NCBI GenBank assembly: GCA_002104945.1
Contig: MCFH01000084.1
Coordinates: 1-64,000, forward strand
Direction: 5' to 3'
Length of the DNA: 64,000 nucleotides
Source of the DNA: Piromyces finnis finn
Taxonomy: Eukaryota; Fungi; Neocallimastigomycota
The notes beneath the pieces were generated by a model, which saw nothing but the letters and a program-made list of their open reading frames with translations, did not search any database and was not told the DNA's origin. Positions 1 through 9,824 of this stretch are shown piece after piece. The translations under genes and the position numbers were made by a program. The first letter of the stretch is position 1. Every line of letters starts with the position of its first letter.

Positions 1-506
1 CTTGAATATACAAAATTTTTATTATAATTAAAATGTAGTTGATATTTGTGTAAAAATTTATTGCCTAATAACAAATCTGTTGGAAGATTTTTAATAATTA
101 GAAATTTTTCTTTAAAAGTAATTAAAAATTTTGAATGATTAATATAGATAGTAGTCTTAAAATATAAGAAGGTGTATGTATCAATAAATATTGAACCACT
201 AATTCCATTTATTTCAATTGAGTGTAATAATTTGTGTGGTTTTAGTTTTAATTTATTGACCAAGTTGATTGAAATAAAGTTGCAATATGAGCCACTATCT
301 AAAATTAAATTGTATTGATTTTTATTAATTGAATTTTTTAAATCATAAAGTTTGTTTAATTTAATTGGGATAAAAAATTTTAAGTTGAAAAATGTTGTAG
401 GCAATTTTTTATTTATTTTAGAGTCATATGTAGGAAAGTTGTAATGTATTATTTTTGTATTATGAACTCTCTTAGACTCTCTTGAGAGTTCATTTCTTAG
501 TTTTTT
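1..506 (-). CDS. pol: Ty3/Gypsy pol N-terminus (aspartic protease), in the -1 frame after gag; runs off the window edge
   Basis: Not in the ORF track. Hand translation of the minus strand is open from ~506 to 1 and contains LDSGSYCNF and KEKFLIIKNLPTDLLLGN, matching LLDSGSYCNF and KEKFLLADYIPTDLLFGN in ORF 31431..32180. Confidence 0.85.
462..506 (-). promoter_or_regulatory. -1 ribosomal frameshift signal (A AAA AAC plus 10-bp hairpin)
   Basis: Minus strand: heptamer AAAAAAC (506-500) directly before the gag stop, 6-nt spacer, stem ATGAACTCTC/GAGAGTTCAT (493-484 / 471-462); the -1 frame is open into the protease. Confidence 0.75.
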
Positions 507-1405
507 GAGTTCATCTTTTGAACTTTATTGACATAATTATTATTATTGTTTGAATTTTGATAATGGGTTTTATTCTTATTGAATTTCCTATTGTTTCTCT
601 TATTGTAATGTTGATTTTTATTATTATTATTATTGATATTTAATTTATTATTAGTAACAAGAGAATTTTCAAAAATTATACACTTTGTAACCATTTCACT
701 TAAAGTGTTAGGTAAAATATCAGCTTTCTTAATTTCATTCTTATATTTTGGATGTAAACCATTTAAAAATATTAGTGAAAGACTAATGTCATCTATCTCT
801 AAACAACGACTTAAATCTCTAAATTTGTTAATATAATCGTTCACTTTTCCATAAGCTTGTCTTAATTCTATTAATTGAATCATGGCTAATTTGGTACTGG
901 TAACATTTGAAAAAGCTTTGTTTAATTCACTTAATAGTTCGTTCATAGTCATAGGAGTAATACCATCTTTATATTTAATATGATACCAAGTTCTGGCAGA
1001 ATCACGTAATCTAACAACAACAAAGTTAATTTTTACTTCTTCAGATAGTTGATTGTTAGGTGGAGTTTTAAAGGTAGCTTGGCAGAGTTCGCAGAATAAC
1101 TCAGTCTGAGTAGTATCACCAGTAAAGAATCCTGGATCTGGTACTTGTTTGATAGGATAGGTTCTATTACGCATTATAACATCATGATCTTCATCATAAT
1201 CAGTAGAAGATTCCTCGGTTTCAGTATAATTAGCACGACTCTTAAGTTCCTTTAACATAGCATCCATACGTTCTAACAAGGAGGTGGTATTTTTATCCAA
1301 TTGTTGAGTGATATACTTGTCTAATTCACCACAAAGATTTTTCTTAAATTCTTCTAAATCTTGAGGCTTTAGGAATTGTTGAACTGGTTTAGGTGTTGGT
1401 TGAGT

Positions 1406-1408
<3 letters not shown>
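497..1408 (-). CDS. gag: Retrotransposon Gag, same lineage as the element E gag
   Basis: 303-aa ORF sharing DHDVIMR, QVPDPG, LFC.LC, KINFV..RLRD.AR.WY..KYKD and a C-terminal SKN* with ORF 32195..33106; followed by a -1 frame protease. Confidence 0.85.
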
Positions 1409-1441
<33 letters not shown>

Positions 1442-2527
1442 TTAAATTAAGTTTTTTCCTAAGGTAGTTATGGCAAAAAACGCGGTAAAGATTATTTTAA
1501 AAGTTTTACTAAACTTATAATTTAATATTAAAATATTAAATTAAATAAAAGGTTAAAAGATAACTAGGTTAGAAAAAAAAATGTTTTATTAAAATAATCT
1601 TAATTGATTTATAAATGAATAATTATATTATGTATTATAGTTAAAATAATTCCTTTTTATTTTATTTAAAGAATATATATAATAATAAGATTATTTAATA
1701 GTAATACTTATTAAGTATTAATAAGATAATAATCTTTACAAAGATTTAATTCATAAAACTATTCTAAACTATTTATACTATTTGTAATTTTACATTTAAT
1801 ACTAAAATAACTTTTTAGTACATGATTATATTCATAATATATTTTATAATACTAAGGCTAAACTTAAGACTTACTACTAATTATTAAAAATAACTATTGT
1901 TTATATATTTATAATATTAATTATTTCTTAATTATAATATAATTCATTGAATATAATATTAATAATTATAATCTTTTAATTCAAAGATTATAAGATATGT
2001 TATTGAAATAATTATTATAAAATAAAGTTAATTAGTTCCGGAAAATAATTTTAATTTAATTAAACAATAATTTTTTATACTTTGAGTGAATGATTTATGT
2101 TTGATATATCAGGGGTGATCATTCTCTGAATAAACAATTAATCATTGCTAACAAAATATCTTTAAATTGGAATATCTCGTGAACCAGCAGAGATATTGAC
2201 ATGATTTTAAGATATGTTGTTTGTCTCGAGCGTGGCTTTCTAACGAACTTAATTATAACCAAAACATTTTTATTCAAAAATCGTCATTCGTTGAGGAGAT
2301 ACGCGTGTTTTTTCTTATTCCATTTTAACGATAAGGGTTAAAGTTATTTATTATAAAAATTATTAAGGGTTAAGGTCATATTTTAACCTTTTCTAAATTT
2401 TTAAATATTTCTTAATAAAATTTTATAATTTATTTGAAAATAAAATATTTGTTGATTTTGAATTTTCATAAGTGATTTCACAATTCCAAGTGATCTTGAA
2501 ATTGTAATTTCACTAGTATTCGTGACA

Positions 2528-2563
2528 GTATACAAACCTGAACTTAGAATAGAATATTTTACA
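2528..2563 (-). repeat. LTR terminus related to LTR Y; possibly the outer end of the left-edge element
   Basis: gtatacaaacctgaactt(agaa)tagaatattttaca matches the reverse complement of the start of LTR Y at 20131. The inner LTR boundary was not identified. Confidence 0.5.
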
Positions 2564-2593
2564 ACCAATCCGTTACCAAAAAAAAAATGTAAT

Positions 2594-2665
2594 GCCTGTT
2601 TGGCTTAGTGGTAGAGCGTCGCTCTTGTAAAGCGAAGGTCGGTGGTTCAATTCCGTCAATAGGCA
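2594..2665 (+). tRNA. tRNA-Thr(UGU)
   Basis: Cloverleaf: acceptor GCCTGTT/AATAGGC, anticodon arm TCGCT-CT TGT AA-AGCGA, T loop GTTCAATTC; 72 nt, no intron. Confidence 0.9.
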
Positions 2666-2942
2666 TTAATTTTATAGTAAGAGATTTTTCTTATTATTAT
2701 TTTAAATTATTATTTTAAATTATTAAGATATATATAATTTAATATTGTTAGCTGCAAAGTAGAAATAAAATTTATATAAAATATTAGAAAAGAAGTTTTT
2801 ATTAAAGTAAATAAGAACATTATACAGAAAATATTTTGTTAAAGAAAAAAGTTTAATTAAAAATTATAAAACAGTAAAACGAAAATTTCTTTACCAATTT
2901 AATAACTTTAGAAATATACTATTAATAAAAAGTAAAATCATA

Positions 2943-3014
2943 TGGAGATATCGGGGATCGAACCCGAGGCTTCTTGCATGCAAAGCAAGCACTCTACCAC
3001 TGAGTTATATCCCC
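2943..3014 (-). tRNA. tRNA-Ala(UGC)
   Basis: Reverse complement GGGGATATAACTCAGTGGTAGAGTGCTTGCTTTGCATGCAAGAAGCCTCGGGTTCGATCCCCGATATCTCCA; G3-U70 alanine pair, anticodon TGC. Confidence 0.93.
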
Positions 3015-3026
3015 AGTTATTTCATT

Positions 3027-3830
3027 TGTTATAAATAATGAAATTAATAAATATAAAATTATTATTATACCTGATTTTTAAGTTAACCCTAAAAGTAACT
3101 TAAAACAAGTTATAGTTTAATTAAGTACTTTACCAAAATTCTTAAATAAAATTAATCCTAAACACTGCATATGTTTTGATTATTGAAAGAAAATAATAAA
3201 CTTTAATTAATCGAGATCAAAATATATAACTTTTGTTAAATTAATTGTTAAATTAAATGTTTAATAACTTCGTTAGTAAATTACACTTTAAAAGTAAACA
3301 AATATAAAATTCATGTTATAAAATAATATAATTAAACACTTTTATTAAAATACTAAAAATAATTATTACTTTAATTAATTGTAAAATAAACAACTTTTTA
3401 TATTCTTTAACTTTTAATTATTTCTTTTATTGTTATTTCTAATTACTTTTATTGTAAATAGTTATTAATTTTATTGTTTTAATGTAAATAGTTTAAATTC
3501 AAAAGAAAATATAAATACATGTAAATATTCTTATTTTAATCATTATTATTATTATTAATAAAGAAATATTATATAGTTAGATTAATATTTTATAATTTTA
3601 ATAATCACTTTTATACTTAAATAAATAAAAATTTTAAATATTTAAATATTAGAAAAACAAGTGTTTCTAATAAAACAATTTAGTGTTTTAACAAAACAAT
3701 TTTATTAATTTTTATAAAAACGATCTTAAATCTTAATCAATATAACTTATATAGTTATAACAAAAGATATAATATAATAATCACTTTTTGAAGTAAAATT
3801 CAAAATTAAGATTATTATCAAATTATATCA
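3027..3830 (+). repeat. 5' LTR of element A
   Basis: TG...CA ends; the first ~260 bp recur at 15911-16170; followed after 1 nt by a TGG-starting PBS. Confidence 0.8.
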
Positions 3831-3831
3831 A

Positions 3832-3848
3832 TGGTCCTTCGAACCGGA
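3832..3848 (+). promoter_or_regulatory. Primer-binding site, probably tRNA-Tyr
   Basis: TGGTCCTTCGAACCGGA. Its complement ends ...CCGGTTCGAAGGACCA, like the 3' end of metazoan tRNA-Tyr(GUA). The host tRNA is not in the window. Confidence 0.7.
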
Positions 3849-4207
3849 GAATCAAAATAAGGTAAATATATAAATTTTCTTTATATAAAAATTTCATATA
3901 GAATAGTAAAATATTCTATGAAATTAATTAAATAATTAAGTTATAATAGTATAGAATAGATAGTTAATAGAATAGTTAAATATTCTCAATATTTTATCTA
4001 TTTAGAAATTATAACTTATTAAATAATAAAATAATATTAAAATAATAAATCAATATTCAATATTGAAATATTATTTAAATATTATTAAATCAATATTAAA
4101 ATAAAATAAATAAATTATAATACTTAATAGTATAGTATTAATATAGTAAATTGATATATAAACATTATATATTAGATAAAATATATAGATATTTTAAATA
4201 AGAAAAG

Positions 4208-4238
<31 letters not shown>

Positions 4239-4441
4239 TAGTATAGAAAAATTATTAGATAAATAGATTGATAATATTATAAATAAGATAGTTGAAAGAA
4301 TTAATTATAATAATAAAATAGGTATATATACATTAGATATATATACATAAAAATAAATATATAATAAAAATAAATCAAAATAATAATAAATAAAGATTTA
4401 AGTATATATATATAAAAAATATATATACACCAAACAAACCA

Positions 4442-4472
<31 letters not shown>

Positions 4473-5812
4473 ATAAAACTTTATAAATAAAAATACTTGT
4501 AAAAATATACTAGGAGCGTATAGAGCTCATATACAGAGTTTCAGTGTATAATTAACTAGTTTCAGTTGGTTAGAAACTATAGCTGTTAATCACTGAAGTA
4601 TTTGTAAAAGTAGGACGAGTGTGAATAGCACGCTTACTTGGGGGAAGGGATTGTTAGTGTGATAAAAAGCACGCAATACAGGACTCTCAAGTTGAATACT
4701 TTTGTGAACTCTGGCGAATAAGGAACTTTAGTCACCGAAGGCTAAAGGTTTGTCGTGAAGGTAAAGCGACATAAAAATATATAGTTTAAATTTATTTTGA
4801 GGTCTAGTATATCACCTCTAGTTAGTAGCTTTTGCCGGTTAATTAAATTGTTGTAAGGCACTAAAAAGCGAAAAATAAATCCTGTAAATAAAGTTTTATA
4901 TTTAATTATTTTTTTTAAAAAAAGAAAAAGAAATACATAAATTATAATTATAAATTAATAATTATAATTTATAAATTAAAGATAAAAATTATTTAATTAT
5001 AAAATATAATCATCGGTCAAGTAAAATTAAAAGTATTGTTATAAATTTTAAATAATAAAAGCAATAATATTGAGTTGTCTTTTTAGTTAATTTTCAGCGA
5101 AAAATAACTTTTGTTTATCTTTTCGGTTAATTAATTACTAAGATAATTAAAGTGTTTTATAGTAAGTTAGTAAGAGTGCAGTTTTATCACATATCGTGGG
5201 GGAGTAGAGCGCTAACTAATAAGTAAATATTACACCACTTAATATTTATGACGGTTAGTTAGTGGAGGTCGAAAGGCACGGTGACGAAACTGTCGGGTAC
5301 TCTGAAGGTACTATAATAACATAATCAATATTATTTTCTGCTTTATAATAAAGAAATAAAAATAAACATCCTACTCTAAATTAAATATTTTTTTTATCAA
5401 TACTAATATATAAATAACTTAATATAAATAAAATATATTCTTAACATTTTCTCAAAAAAAAAAATAAAATCTTCTTAATTACAATAAAACTAAAGCAAGT
5501 GTCTACAAGTGTTTACAAACAACAACCAATTACTCCTTTTATATTACATTATATAAACGTTATATAAGATTATATTTTATTAATAACAGTAATAAATAAA
5601 ATACCTGTAAATAAAATTATATTATTGTAAATAAAGACTATTGTAAATAAAAACATATTACTGTACTTATAACTAAATTATTGTAAATAAAGATTGTTGT
5701 AAATAAAAACATATTATTGTTCTTATAACTAAATTATTGAGAATAAATAAAAATTGAGTTTTTAAATAAAATATTAAAATAAAATTAAATAAAATAAAAA
5801 TAAAAAGTAATA

Positions 5813-6781
5813 ATGGATAATACTACTAAAGGTATTACCTTTAATAGAATACCTATTTTGGGTTCAACAAAGGTTGAATTTGATGATTGGGAATTTTCTT
5901 TCAAACATTGGTGTAATTTATATAAGGTACCAGAACAAGAAAAGTTAGAATACCTTATATCATTAACTACAGGTACAGCTAGAACAATTGTAGTTAATGC
6001 ATTAAATAAAGAAACACCAGATGATTATAATACCATCATCAAAAACCTTAAAAGTCATTTTAAAGGTTCAGTACCAAAGAATTCTAGATTATTAGAATTG
6101 TCTACTATTACAATAAAGAAAAATGAAAGTGTATCTGAATTCAATATTAAATTTGACTCTTTAATAAATAAAACAAACTTAAAAATGTCAAATGAAATCA
6201 TATTGTCCTACTATATTAATGCTTTTAGAAACCTTACTAAAACTTACGAAGCACTTTTAGAAGCTGAACCAAAAAGTTTAGAAGAAGCCAGAAACATTAC
6301 TATTAAGAAAGAGAAAATTTTCAATATAGTTGAAGAAAATAGACCAAAAATAAGAACTTCCATTAATTCTAGAAGGTCTCCAAATGATAATAATGCTCAA
6401 AGAAATAATGATAGAGCATATTCAAATAATTTTAATAGTTATAACCGAATGAATAACAATAACACTACTCAAAATAGTTTTAAAAATTATAATAATAGAA
6501 ATTATACTAATAACTACAGAAATAATAATTATAATAGTAATATTCAAAATAATAACTACAATAATAATAACAATAATTATTCAAGATTTAATAATATTAA
6601 TCAAAACGTTGAGCAAAGAAAAAGTACCTTAAAATACCCACAAAATAATGATGATGAGTTAAAAGAAATAACTCAAAAGCTTGCTGACCTAAAAATTAAT
6701 GTTTGCTTAAATTGTAAAAGAATAGGTCATACTACGAATGATTGTCCAGAATTAGATGACGAATACAATCATTTAAACTAA
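5813..6781 (+). CDS. gag: Gag of element A with CCHC zinc knuckle
   Basis: 322 aa; CLNCKRIGHTTNDC; Asn-rich linker. Confidence 0.9.
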   Translation: MDNTTKGITFNRIPILGSTKVEFDDWEFSFKHWCNLYKVPEQEKLEYLISLTTGTARTIVVNALNKETPDDYNTIIKNLKSHFKGSVPKNSRLLELSTITIKKNESVSEFNIKFDSLINKTNLKMSNEIILSYYINAFRNLTKTYEALLEAEPKSLEEARNITIKKEKIFNIVEENRPKIRTSINSRRSPNDNNAQRNNDRAYSNNFNSYNRMNNNNTTQNSFKNYNNRNYTNNYRNNNYNSNIQNNNYNNNNNNYSRFNNINQNVEQRKSTLKYPQNNDDELKEITQKLADLKINVCLNCKRIGHTTNDCPELDDEYNHLN

Positions 6782-6806
6782 ATAATGGGAGTAAGCAATC
6801 TCCCAT
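6772..6806 (+). promoter_or_regulatory. -1 ribosomal frameshift signal (U UUA AAC plus hairpin)
   Basis: TTTAAAC 6772-6778 abutting the gag TAA, 6-nt spacer, stem ATGGGAG/CTCCCAT (6785-6791 / 6800-6806); the -1 frame is open through ORF 7075..7734. Confidence 0.8.
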
Positions 6807-8824
6807 AAAAATTAAAATTGCAAATAGTTCACAAAATACACAAGAAGCACAAATAAATTCTAATATCTCTAATGAAAATAATTATTCTATTAATGCGGCT
6901 CAAAAGAAGAAAATAAATGTTAAAACATTAGATAAAAATAAAATATCACCAAATAATAAAAGTATTGTCAAACCCTCAATACTTAACCAACCTAACATTA
7001 GGAATTTAAAACAACAAAAGAAGGCTATTAGAGATACTCGTAGAAGAAAAATTAGTGAAGATAAAGATGAAGTTATGGAAGAAACCCCAAATGAAGAAAT
7101 AGAAATAGAAAGTGAAGAAGAACAAAATAATACAAATAAAATACCTTTAGAAAAAGTTACTAATACAAAAGAACATATCCAACCTATTGAAATTAATAAC
7201 TCTAATGATTCTACCAATGAAGAAACTTTTAAAAATAATAATGAAACAAGTGATGTAAAAGTAAAGAAAAATTCTGTCAAAACCAAAGTAACCACAAAAA
7301 GAAATATGACAGAAATACAAATGTTAAAAACTAAAGATAAATTTAGTATAATTAAAGAAGCAAATAATTTATATCCAAAAATAAGTCTTTCCCAATTACT
7401 TTCTGCTAGTCCATCACTTAGAAAAGAATTAGAACAAGGATGTAAACCTAAAGTTGAAAAAGTGATGTACTCCTTTAATAACTCTAATATTCCATTAATA
7501 ATTGGTGATATAGATGGAAAATATTTAAAAATTCTTTATGATACTGGCGCAAATGTCAATATCATTACTACAAATGGTTTTAATAAACTATCAAATAAAA
7601 ATATTGAAAAAAGTGATGAGGAACAAAATATAATTATTGCTAATGGTACTACTGTTCCTACAAATATTTTTACTACTTTAAAAATAAATATTAATAAATT
7701 GTTGTACTATTTTAGAAAAATTTTATATTATTGAACAAAGTAATCCATACTTTGATATAATTTTTGGAAGAGGTATTCAAAAGAAATACCGTTTATTTAT
7801 TGACCCTGATGATGATTATATATATCAGAAAACAAAAAGAGGTTTAAAGAAAATTACAAACATTATCAATAGTAATGATAACGATATTAATGATATCCCT
7901 TTGATGAATTCTATAATTATTTCAAAAGAAGAAAACCAAGAATTTCAAGATATGTTAAAAGAAATTTTAAATTCAACACCTGATAATATTAAATCAAAAT
8001 TTAAAGACATTATAAATAAATATAAAAATTGTATGGCTACATCAATGTCTCAATTAACTACTGCGGATTTAGAACCTCATTCTATAATTACTACTACTAA
8101 TAAACCAATAAAATTAAAACCTTATAAATTATCTAAGGAACATGATGATATTTTAAAAAGTGAAATTCTTTCATTACTTGATAAAGGTTTAATTACTCCT
8201 TCTCACTCTCCATGGTCATTTCCAGTTTTACTTGTACAAAAGAAAAATGGTAAATGGAGAATGTGTATTGATTATAGAAGACTTAATGAAATTACTATTA
8301 AGGATTCTTATGCACTTCCTTTTATTGATGAATTAATATCTTCTGTTAATGGTGCAAAAATATTTTCTGCTTTAGATTTATACTCTGGCTACCACCAAAT
8401 TCCTATGAATCCAAATGATATTGAAAAAACTGCTTTTACAACGAAATTTGGTAATTATAATTTTAAAGTAATGCCATTTGGTTTAACTAATGCTCCCGCT
8501 ACTTTCCAGCGAGAAATGAATAGGATTCTCTTACCATTAATTGGTAAATGTCTTTTTGTTTACATTGATGATATTGTTATTTATTCTAAATCACCAGAAG
8601 AACATCTTTATCATTTGCAACAAGTTTTTGAAATATTATCTAAATATAATCTTTCTCTTAATTTACAAAAATGTAAATTCTTTCAAGAAAAGGTAGAAGT
8701 ACTAGGACATGTACTTACACCTAACGGATTAAAAACTGTTCCTTCTAAAGTTCAAAGCATTGCTTTATGGAATGCTCCAAGAAATGTTAATGAACTAAGA
8801 TCATTCCTAGGTTTAGCTAGTTAC
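6772..8824 (+). pseudogene. pol: Pol (PR-RT) of element A; frameshift near 7700 and truncated by B1
   Basis: ILYDTGANVN protease motif; RT motifs PWSFPVLLVQKKNG.WRMCIDYR, LDLYSGYHQ, MPFGL.NAP, YIDDIVIY; ends at GLASY where the B LTR starts. Confidence 0.9.
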
Positions 8825-9294
8825 TGTAAAGATATCAAACGCCTCAACTTGATATCTTTAATGTAACTTAAGCCACAAGTATTATTGTTTAAGTTACACA
8901 AATTATATTCAGAAAAAGAAAATGAGACATAATTTATTTATTAATAATTAAAGTTTAAAACAAAATAAATTATTAATTTATTTTTAATGTTTAACAAGTA
9001 AATTAATATTCTCAATTTAAATCCCTAGTTTTAGTATTGTTTTTTATAGAAATAGATAAATAATAAATGATTAATATATCAATAATACATGGGCACATAT
9101 TCAAATTAAATAGTACTTAATTTGAATTGCCAATTGTATTTTACTAAAAATAGTTATAGTTTAAATATTTATTAATAATTAAGATTTTAGTGTAGATTTT
9201 AAATAATAATATATAAGAAATAAATAGTTATAATATAATATAAATGTATTTAGGAAAAATATAAATAGAAGATATTTTTCATCATTTTATCGAT

Positions 9295-9439
9295 GTAATT
9301 GTTATTATTAAAATTCTATTATAATAAAAGATATTTTTAAATAAAACAATTTTTTATTTTTATTTTAAATTTAGTGTTATTGTAATAGAATAGATATCCT
9401 AATCTATTCTTTCTGTGTCGCCATTACAATAACAATTAC
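9295..9439 (+). promoter_or_regulatory. Self-priming pair: LTR site GTAATTGTTAT (9295-9305) and PBS ATAACAATTAC (9429-9439)
   Basis: Perfect 11-nt complementarity; TATAAATA lies ~35 nt upstream of 9295; no TGG tRNA-type PBS is present. Confidence 0.85.
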
Positions 9440-9479
9440 CTAACTACTTCAAGAGTACGTTAGGATATCTACTACTGTC

Positions 9480-9602
9480 AGAAGAAGAATTTATAGAAGA
9501 ACTTGGTTGCTACCATAGAAGAAGAATCTACCGAAGTACTTGGTTGCTACCACAGAAGAAGAATTTATAGAAGAACTTGGTTGCTACCATAGAAGAAGAA
9601 TT
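9480..9602 (+). repeat. 37-bp tandem repeat (about 3.3 copies) in the B1 leader
   Basis: Unit agaagaagaatttatagaagaacttggttgctaccat. Confidence 0.9.
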
Positions 9603-9677
9603 ACTGAAACAATTATAGGTTAAACTCTGTTGCTGCCCTTGTTAAAGGAATTCTACCGAAAGAATCAATATATAGAT

Positions 9678-9727
9678 ACAAAACTTGTTCGACACTGCTT
9701 TGCAGAACGCGTTTGAATAACTTTTGT
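9678..9727 (+). ncRNA. Conserved leader stem-loop motif (single copy in B1)
   Basis: ACAAAA-C-TTGTTC-GAC-A-CTGC-ttt-GCAG-AACGC-GTT-T-GAATAA-C-TTTTGT; homologs at 36297, 56483 and 8 copies at 42851-44355. Confidence 0.6.
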
Positions 9728-9824
9728 ATTTAAATAGATTGTATTAGTGTAAAAAAAAAAAATTAAGATTACTTACTTGAAACAGTAGTAAGAAAACATT
9801 TTTTATTTTATTTAATAGTTTACG

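Noticed and set aside
5255-5310. Hammerhead-like words (gacgaaac, ctgaag) in the element A leader
   Set aside because: The core elements are not in the required order with closing stems.
6900-7295. Antisense hydrophobic ORF in element A
   Set aside because: It is the mirror of the Lys/Glu/Asn-rich sense frame of pol.
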